Assembly: GCA_032250835.1 (NCBI GenBank)
Contig: JAVVEA010000001.1
Span: 1 to 64,000 of the forward strand
Direction: 5' to 3'
DNA: 64,000 nucleotides
DNA from: a bacterium
GTDB taxonomy: Bacteria > SAR324 > XYD2-FULL-50-16
Below the pieces are notes generated by a model, which saw nothing but the letters and a program-made list of their open reading frames with translations, made no database searches and had not been told where the DNA came from. Position 1 is the first letter of the stretch; the number at the start of each line of letters is the position of its first letter. Made by a program: the position numbers and the translations under genes. Of this stretch, positions 57,875 to 64,000 are shown piece by piece.

Positions 57875-58462
57875 CTACTGGGGGATTCGGACATAGTCTT
57901 CAGAATAGACGCCGGCTGCGGCCCGTTGGTGGCAGGCCACACAGTTGGAAAGGCTCTTGATCGCCGGGCGAGCGATTACGGTGGCGCTGACCTCGTTGTG
58001 TTCGTGCCTAAAATAGGGCAATTCGGTGATGCGCATCGGTGCTTCCCCTTGGATCGACCGAACTAGCTTTTGGGCCCGGCCACTGCTTGAGGTTTCGGCC
58101 GCATTGCCCAGCAGATAGCCGCGCACCTGTGCCAGATTGGCGGCATCTAGAACGGCGTCGTCGCCGAAGTGGTCTTCTAAATGGGCCAATACCCGTTCCC
58201 AACTTTGGCTAGGTAGTAGTTCAGCCTGATAGGCAAAATGGCAAGCGCCACATTCGCTCAGGTAAACTTGGTTGGTGATGGGTTTGATGTGGCGTTCGCT
58301 GATCTCCTCTTTCTCGCGGTGTCCCTCATGGGGAGCTTCCTCAAAGAACATCTCCATAAACCCTTCGCGCTCGCCCCGCTCAATGGAATCTGCCCAAAGG
58401 GGGGCGGATAATGAAAGACAACCGAGAAAGGCCAAAAGAAACCAGAGGAGCGAACGATTCAT
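57875..58462 (-). CDS. Diheme cytochrome c (DHC)
   Basis: YLSECGACHFAY...LP..SW...L.DHFG, RITELPYF..EH and SNCVACH. Confidence 0.92.
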   Translation of the reverse strand: MNRSLLWFLLAFLGCLSLSAPLWADSIERGEREGFMEMFFEEAPHEGHREKEEISERHIKPITNQVYLSECGACHFAYQAELLPSQSWERVLAHLEDHFGDDAVLDAANLAQVRGYLLGNAAETSSSGRAQKLVRSIQGEAPMRITELPYFRHEHNEVSATVIARPAIKSLSNCVACHQRAAAGVYSEDYVRIPQ

Positions 58463-58475
58463 AAATCCTTAGAGG

Positions 58476-58916
58476 CTATAGGGAATAGATATACTCAAGA
58501 AAATCCCCTTGTTCAGTGGCGGTGCAGCTGCGCTCAAAGGTCCACTTGCAATTACGCCGGAACCATTTCTTGATTTTTTTTTCTTTAGTGAAGCGCTCGC
58601 GGTTCACAGCTGGCGACAGTGGGTCGATGGGCTTGCCGGTAACGGCATGTTTACTGGGCAACATGGGGTTGTCTTTGTGGCAAGTGGCGCAGGTACGCTT
58701 GTCGCCGTCTTCGCTATCGATATGTTCTTTAAAGTAGAGGGTTTTGCCGCGTTCAGCCGAAAAGGCGGTGAAGGCTGGGTCCTCTTGTTTCGCTTCTTTA
58801 GCTAATTCCTGCATAAAAGCGGTCACCGTCGGGTTTTTGGGGATCGCAGCCCAGACAGTTTGGGTTGAAAGTAGAGCGATAAGTCCAGCGGCAAGACCAG
58901 TAAACAACGTCTTCAT
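58476..58916 (-). CDS. Sphaeroides heme protein (SHP, DUF1924)
   Basis: CATCH, TGKPIDPLSPAVN.ERFT and KWFRRNC...R.CT..E.GDF. Confidence 0.9.
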   Translation of the reverse strand: MKTLFTGLAAGLIALLSTQTVWAAIPKNPTVTAFMQELAKEAKQEDPAFTAFSAERGKTLYFKEHIDSEDGDKRTCATCHKDNPMLPSKHAVTGKPIDPLSPAVNRERFTKEKKIKKWFRRNCKWTFERSCTATEQGDFLEYIYSL

Positions 58917-58978
58917 CGGGTTTTCCTACAAATTTTAGGTTGCTCTCTCCGCCGAAAAAGCCTTTATGCGAAGGCCTC

Positions 58979-59032
58979 AATGTAAACGGCAAAGATGAAG
59001 AATCAATTAAGCCTGAATGAACAAAATTTCAT
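58979..59032 (-). promoter_or_regulatory. OmpR-type operator repeats plus -10 box for shp-dhc-kinase
   Basis: Minus strand ATGAA-N6-TTCAT-N6-TTAAT-N6-TTCAT-N10-TACATT; same spacing as 56529-56582. Confidence 0.65.
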
Positions 59033-59079
59033 GTTCCTTCGGCTTTGGCAATGGATTCGAAAGAAAGAGGAGGCTGGAA

Positions 59080-59805
59080 TTATGGCTTGAGTTTGATGAT
59101 CAACTTATCAAATTCAAGGTTGGTTTGCTCGAGGATCGGCTCTAGGTGGCCGGTTAAATCTTTTATCAAAGCGCTCGAAGACTGCTCTGCGGCTCGCTCG
59201 ATACGCTGACCCAGGCGGCTCATGGCGGCGGCTCCGACGTTGCCGGTCATGCCGCGGAACTTATGGGCCCAATCGCGGAGTTCTATAAAGTCCTCTGCTT
59301 CAAGCATTTGTTTGATTTGCTGGATCATTATGGGGGCATCTTCGGTGAAGATGTTGATCAGAGACCTCACCAAATCTGGGTCCACTTCTTTTCTGGACTC
59401 AATTAAGCGGAGGTCTAATAGGTCGCCCGGAACCCACTGGTCCCGCTCGTTTAATTCAAGGTTTACGGCGCGGATACAGTCTTGAAAGGCCTCTAGGTCT
59501 AAGGGCTTGGGTAGATAACAAAACCAGCCCTGCTCGGGGGTGATCACCGGGCCGAGGCTGCTTCCAAGTCCGACCCAAAGGGTAGCTTGGGCCTGCAACT
59601 GCGCCATGGCAAACAACTCTTCATTGTCCGTCGAGAGTAGGACTAAGTCGAAGGGGTCGTTTTTTAAGCATTGGCTCATTTCTTCTAGACTGGTGGCTAT
59701 ACAGGCCTGTTGGCCGACGAATCGCAAGAACTGTTCTAACACGAGCCGGTCGGTGTTTCGGTCTTCGGTTGCCAAAATCTTTAACATAGGTATTTCATTT
59801 TTCAT
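59080..59805 (-). CDS. Pseudo-receiver + Hpt domain protein
   Basis: ILATED...FDLVLLS...KP receiver-like N-terminus; AHKFRGMTGNVGA Hpt motif. Confidence 0.8.
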   Translation of the reverse strand: MKNEIPMLKILATEDRNTDRLVLEQFLRFVGQQACIATSLEEMSQCLKNDPFDLVLLSTDNEELFAMAQLQAQATLWVGLGSSLGPVITPEQGWFCYLPKPLDLEAFQDCIRAVNLELNERDQWVPGDLLDLRLIESRKEVDPDLVRSLINIFTEDAPIMIQQIKQMLEAEDFIELRDWAHKFRGMTGNVGAAAMSRLGQRIERAAEQSSSALIKDLTGHLEPILEQTNLEFDKLIIKLKP

Positions 59806-59955
59806 TTCGGTGACCCCAATTGCCCGTTTCGTTAAATTTTACGGTATGCACCCCGATGAGTCGAGTAAAATCCCCTAATAATCCTTGGCCTAAAAACTAG
59901 GTCGTGGTAGCCTCGAGCTAGCCACAACCTTGTTAACTGAACGAAACAGGACCCT

Positions 59956-60555
59956 ATGAATTACTTTTTTGGCCGCCGCCTACTTAAAACCTTAGTGATC
60001 GCTTTGGCCCTAACTTGGACCGGTGCCACCGTACAAGCTGAGACCTTTACCGTTGACCCTGTCCATTCGACCATCGGGTTTCGGGTCCCGCACATGATGA
60101 TTTCAAAAGTCCGCGGTAATTTTAAGGAATTTACCGGCACCTTTGATTTTGACGAAAAAACCAAAAAACTGAGCCAAATCAAAGCAGAGGTTCAAACTGT
60201 TAGCTTGGATACGCAGAATGAAAAGCGAGACGGCCACCTGCGCAGTCCCGACTTTTTTGATAGCCAAAAGTTCCCGATGCTTCGCTTTGAAAGCACCAAG
60301 ATCACCCAAAAGGGTGATCGCTACGAAGTGACCGGCAATTTGACGATCAAAGACGTAACCAAGTCGGTGACGTTAAAAGGCGAACTCCTGGGCGTAGGTA
60401 AGGGCTTTAAAGGTAAAACCCTGGTGGGCTTTGAAGCTCAGGGCGAAATCAACCGAAAAGACTTTGGGATGACCTGGAACCGTATGATTGAAACCGGTGG
60501 CTTCGCCGTCGGCGACGAAGTCCAATTGGTCATCGAGATTGAAGCTAGTAACTAA
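59956..60555 (+). CDS. yceI: YceI-family periplasmic protein
   Basis: DPVHSTIGF, RDGHLRSPDFFD, GNLTIKDVTK and INRKDFG motifs. Confidence 0.92.
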   Translation: MNYFFGRRLLKTLVIALALTWTGATVQAETFTVDPVHSTIGFRVPHMMISKVRGNFKEFTGTFDFDEKTKKLSQIKAEVQTVSLDTQNEKRDGHLRSPDFFDSQKFPMLRFESTKITQKGDRYEVTGNLTIKDVTKSVTLKGELLGVGKGFKGKTLVGFEAQGEINRKDFGMTWNRMIETGGFAVGDEVQLVIEIEASN

Positions 60556-60577
60556 AGAAGGGCCTGCTGCGAACCCC

Positions 60578-61045
60578 TTAGGGGTTGTGGTACTTTTCGC
60601 CCTTTAAGATAGTCAGAGCCCGGTAGATTTGTTCTAGCAGAAAAAGACGGACCATTTGGTGGGTTAGGGTAAGCTTGGAAAGGCTCAAGGAGAGGTCGGC
60701 GCGTGCCTTTAAGGCATCGCCGGCTCCCCAAGCTCCACCGACGACCCAGTCAATTTTACCAAAACCCGCCAAGGCCTGCTTTTCCAAGTATGCGGCTAGC
60801 CCTTCGCTGCTGAAGCTTTGCCCCCTTTCGTCTAGCAAAATGCAGAGCGCTTGGGGGTCTAGTTTGTCCATGATGCGGCCCGCTTCTTCTGCCTTGGCTG
60901 CCTTAGGGTCGGTCTGGTTGGATTCTTTTAAGAAGACCAACTCGACCTTACTATAGTTCACCAAGCGCTTCAGGTAAATTTGGCAACCCTCAAGGAGGTA
61001 GGACTCCTTGGTCTTGCCCACCAAAAGCAGGCGCATTTGCCTCAT
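60578..61045 (-). CDS. rlmH: 23S rRNA pseudouridine-1915 N3-methyltransferase
   Basis: VGK, LDERG..FSS, GGAWG and THQMVRLFLLEQIYRA...YH. Confidence 0.95.
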   Translation of the reverse strand: MRQMRLLLVGKTKESYLLEGCQIYLKRLVNYSKVELVFLKESNQTDPKAAKAEEAGRIMDKLDPQALCILLDERGQSFSSEGLAAYLEKQALAGFGKIDWVVGGAWGAGDALKARADLSLSLSKLTLTHQMVRLFLLEQIYRALTILKGEKYHNP

Positions 61046-61383
61046 TGCACCCGGCGCGACTGAGCTCGCTTGTGCATTTCTTCAATATGGTAGACTTCAC
61101 GCAAGTCCTCTTCAAAAATGTGGAGGATCACGTCGTTGTAGTCCATTAAGATCCAGCCCCCATCGGTTTCGCCTTCGACCCCCAAAGGATAAATACCCTT
61201 TTCTTTGACGGCGAGGTGGACCTTATCATGGATACCCTTGGCATGGGCCGAGGAGGTGGCGCTGCAAAGCACGATGTAGTCGGACAAGGAGGATTCCCCA
61301 ACGAGGTCGATCTCGACGATGTCTAAGGCTTTGCTGTCTTCTAAGGTGCTGGTGATCAGCTTAAGTAAATCTTGGGCTTGCAT
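61042..61383 (-). CDS. rsfS: Ribosome silencing factor (Iojap)
   Basis: KALDI, DY.V.CS, EG...GWILMDY.DVILHIF and R..Y.IE. Confidence 0.95.
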   Translation of the reverse strand: MQAQDLLKLITSTLEDSKALDIVEIDLVGESSLSDYIVLCSATSSAHAKGIHDKVHLAVKEKGIYPLGVEGETDGGWILMDYNDVILHIFEEDLREVYHIEEMHKRAQSRRVQ

Positions 61384-61389
61384 AGTTTC

Positions 61390-61971
61390 CTAGTGGTGGC
61401 TTGACATCCAAAGCTTTAGAGCTTCTGGGTGTAGCCAGTTTTGTTCTACCAGATCGGTGAGGCTACCGCCGCGGATCTTGGTCGAAGAGACCGGCGGTAG
61501 GTCCAGATCCAACCATTGGACCCGGTCCCCGGCAAATTGGGTGGCCTGACTTAAGTCGGGCGGTGAGCTAAGATGACGCCTGAAAACTAGTAATCTGGCC
61601 ATCTTTAAAATTTCAAGGGCCTCAAACCATTGTGGAAAATGAGCGAAGGCGTCTTCTCCTAAGATCAAAAACAAGTGGTCGTCGGGGTAAGCCCGGCTAA
61701 AATGACGCAGACTATGGGCGGTGTAACTTACCTCAGTGCGGTTCATTTCATAAAGCTCAATCTGTGCGTTAGCTAAGTCGGCGAAGGTGGCCCGCAGCAT
61801 ACTTAAGCGAAGCTCAGAGTCTAAGGGCTCCTGATCTAGCTTAAAAGGGCTCTGGTAAGCCGGGACCACTAAAATACGATCCACCTGTCCCAGGGCCAAA
61901 ATTTGGCGGACAATTTGATAGTGGCCGAGGTGGACGGGGCTGAAGCTGCCTCCGAAAATGCCTAGATTCAT
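61390..61971 (-). CDS. nadD: Nicotinate-nucleotide adenylyltransferase
   Basis: GGSFSPVHLGH, SYT, LGED and VSSTKIR; nadD-rsfS-rlmH synteny. Confidence 0.93.
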   Translation of the reverse strand: MNLGIFGGSFSPVHLGHYQIVRQILALGQVDRILVVPAYQSPFKLDQEPLDSELRLSMLRATFADLANAQIELYEMNRTEVSYTAHSLRHFSRAYPDDHLFLILGEDAFAHFPQWFEALEILKMARLLVFRRHLSSPPDLSQATQFAGDRVQWLDLDLPPVSSTKIRGGSLTDLVEQNWLHPEALKLWMSSHH

Positions 61972-62122
61972 TCGGGCGGGGCGGGAGATTTGGTTCCCTT
62001 TTTGCTTTCCCTAAGGTCGAAAACCCTGCCGCGTCAAGTTCGGGGCAGGATTAGAACCACTTTAATAAGCCAATCACCGGGTAGGGGTGCACCGGGAATG
62101 GCGTCATATCAGTTAAGGCCTT

Positions 62123-63733
62123 ATGGCAATTTACCGTTTCTTGTCAACTGCAATGGCCGCTTGTAGCGTCGCCTTCGTCTTAACTGGCGATCTTTGGGCA
62201 CAGTCGCGAGCGATTGTTGAGCGCGGCGCTGGCAAGACCTCAGCCAACTTCCAGGTGATTGACCCCAAAGCCTTCCGCAGTGGCGGTGCTTTCAGCACGG
62301 ACCTCTATGTGGTTGGCGGTGGCTTTGCCGGATTGATCGGCTTGATGATTGTTTACGCGATCTACCGAAGCATCCGCAATAAACTGACGACCAAGCGTCT
62401 TAAGCGCTACAAGCAAAAAAAGATGCTCAGCAAGATGTCGGCGCTGAATATGTCCAGCGATTCGGCCGACGCCCTGACCGATATAGCCAAACGAACCGGT
62501 AACAAGGTAGATGAGCTTTTAGCCGACAACCGGCTCTATGAAAAGGCGCTCAACGAACTAAAGGCCCAAAATCCTGCGGATCCTCTTTTAGGATATGCTC
62601 AGACGATCCGCGAACAAGCCGACTTTGTTTTTAGCAATCCTAAGGTCAATTTCGTGGTCACCCAGATGCTCGAGGTGGGCCAAGAGGTCCGCGTGTTCGT
62701 CACCCACCAGGGCAAGGAACATAGCTTTGTAACCCGCTTGCTGCGGGTGACCAATAGTGAACTCTGGCTACGTCCGCCCAAAATCAAAGGGAAGGTGGTC
62801 AAATTGACCTCATTTAAGCGCTTTGAACTGCGAGTCTATCGACCTCAGGACGGCGAGTACCACATGTTTTGCGATTTGCGCCGCCAGATATCGAAACCCG
62901 TAGACGCCCTGATCATCGGCCATGCCTTACAGGTGATGCGGATGAACCACCGCAAACAAGAACGTATCGCCGTTGAGTTAGAACGCAAAATTGCTTATGT
63001 CCTGCCCAAACAAAACACCCAATTCTCTTTCGGCGAATTTGAGGCAGTGCAAAACACCGTGACTTTGGTGGACCTTTCTTCGGGCGGTGCTCGCTTGGTG
63101 ACCGAAGGGTTACCCGAGGGCGTGGACATCGGCACCGAAGTTTTGATGGTGATTCCCGAAACGGGTCTGCGCAAGAAGCTGCGTTCTCATATTGTACGCA
63201 TCGACAAGGAACCAGAGGGTAAGTTGATCTTTTTGCATCTGATGTTCTCTAATTTAAATGAGCGCGACCGTCACCAGATGGAAAAATTCATCCATAACGT
63301 CAATGCCGGGGCTCAAATAAAGAAGAAGCGCAAGGTGGCCATGCCGCCTCAAGTAAAAGCGATTTTGGGGGATAATTCCCCCACCGATGGCTTCACAGAG
63401 GCTGTGAACGGGGCCGATCAGAGCGGCCAAGACGACCAGCCGGTCGAACGGACAACGAAGCAGTCATCGAGCCAGGTCGCCGACATGAGCTTAGAGGACT
63501 CCGAGAAAAATGATGCAGATCCGTTGGACGAAAACTTAGACTTGGATGAAGTCTTGCATGAAGCAGCCAATAATCCCCAGCCCGGACGCTCGATAGAGGA
63601 GGTCGAAGACCCGGATCAAGCGCCCAAGGGCATGGGCGAAACTACCGATAAAGACGCCCCCATTGAGGACGATTTGGACCTTTCAGAAGATGATGGGATG
63701 CACTTCAACCCTGATAAAGACGATGAAATCTAA
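62123..63733 (+). CDS. Membrane-anchored PilZ-domain (YcgR-like) protein with acidic tail
   Basis: N-terminal signal/TM, PilZN-like domain, RKQER (RxxxR) and DLSSGG (DxSxxG), and a D/E-rich C-terminus. Confidence 0.8.
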   Translation: MAIYRFLSTAMAACSVAFVLTGDLWAQSRAIVERGAGKTSANFQVIDPKAFRSGGAFSTDLYVVGGGFAGLIGLMIVYAIYRSIRNKLTTKRLKRYKQKKMLSKMSALNMSSDSADALTDIAKRTGNKVDELLADNRLYEKALNELKAQNPADPLLGYAQTIREQADFVFSNPKVNFVVTQMLEVGQEVRVFVTHQGKEHSFVTRLLRVTNSELWLRPPKIKGKVVKLTSFKRFELRVYRPQDGEYHMFCDLRRQISKPVDALIIGHALQVMRMNHRKQERIAVELERKIAYVLPKQNTQFSFGEFEAVQNTVTLVDLSSGGARLVTEGLPEGVDIGTEVLMVIPETGLRKKLRSHIVRIDKEPEGKLIFLHLMFSNLNERDRHQMEKFIHNVNAGAQIKKKRKVAMPPQVKAILGDNSPTDGFTEAVNGADQSGQDDQPVERTTKQSSSQVADMSLEDSEKNDADPLDENLDLDEVLHEAANNPQPGRSIEEVEDPDQAPKGMGETTDKDAPIEDDLDLSEDDGMHFNPDKDDEI

Positions 63734-63740
63734 ACAGGCA

Positions 63741-64000
63741 ATGAAAGTACTGTGGGCCTCGTTGCTGGCCGCAATGATAGCAGCACCGGTAATGGCCCAA
63801 GTCCAAGCTTCCGGTCGTTTGTTACAGCAAAAAACCTATAATTTTGCCACCGAAACCGACCCGGCTGCGGGCGGGAAAGTAGGGCAGCAAGATACGGGTA
63901 ACTTTATTGAAGACAAGCTCTTTAAAATCGTGGCCGACACCTACGCCCGTCGCGATGAGCATGCTTTCTTGAAGCTTTATGAGTTTTTCTTAAAAAGCTT
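63741..64000 (+). CDS. Secreted protein, 5' fragment (runs off window)
   Basis: ATG 63741: MKVLWASLLAAMIAAPVMAQVQASG...; frame open to the window end. Confidence 0.65.
   Translation, partial: MKVLWASLLAAMIAAPVMAQVQASGRLLQQKTYNFATETDPAAGGKVGQQDTGNFIEDKLFKIVADTYARRDEHAFLKLYEFFLKS

Noticed and set aside
1-64000. CRISPR arrays, tRNA and rRNA genes
   Set aside because: No regularly spaced repeats or cas genes were seen, and no cloverleaf or rRNA-like stretch. The GGTTCTCGAATCC near 29170 lacks the rest of a tRNA. This was a by-eye scan only.

Overview
A 64-kb chromosomal window from a diderm (LPS-making) bacterium of moderate GC; gene style suggests a delta-proteobacterial/SAR324-like lineage, which is inference only. 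It opens with the end of an IS3-family element that appears to have cut off the 5' part of a 7TM-DISM hybrid kinase. Most of the window is housekeeping: an LPS/lipid operon (fieF-like, lpxL, kdsD, tal, a PgsA-PssA double-domain enzyme), bamD-cpoB-dprA-mgtE-serA, recO, a heterodimeric ABC exporter, nnr, frr, clpB, argC, a type-E succinate:quinone oxidoreductase operon and nadD-rsfS-rlmH. There is also an AT-rich 1174-aa gene combining LamG-like and GT-C-like domains, and a K+ channel with a tandem RCK duplication. The stand-out is a roughly 9.5-kb minus-strand redox island (49420-58916). It encodes SHP, DHC, a sensor kinase, a small outer-membrane beta-barrel, 8-, 5-, 16- and 4-heme c-type cytochromes (three of them lipoproteins), an FdnI-type cytochrome b, a YceI protein and an OmpR-family regulator, and a Tat-exported copper storage protein lies next to it. 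Two of the lipoproteins are built from an unusual ~50-aa di-heme repeat, and two promoters in the island share the same 11-bp-phased operator and -10 architecture. No rRNA, tRNA or CRISPR array was seen.
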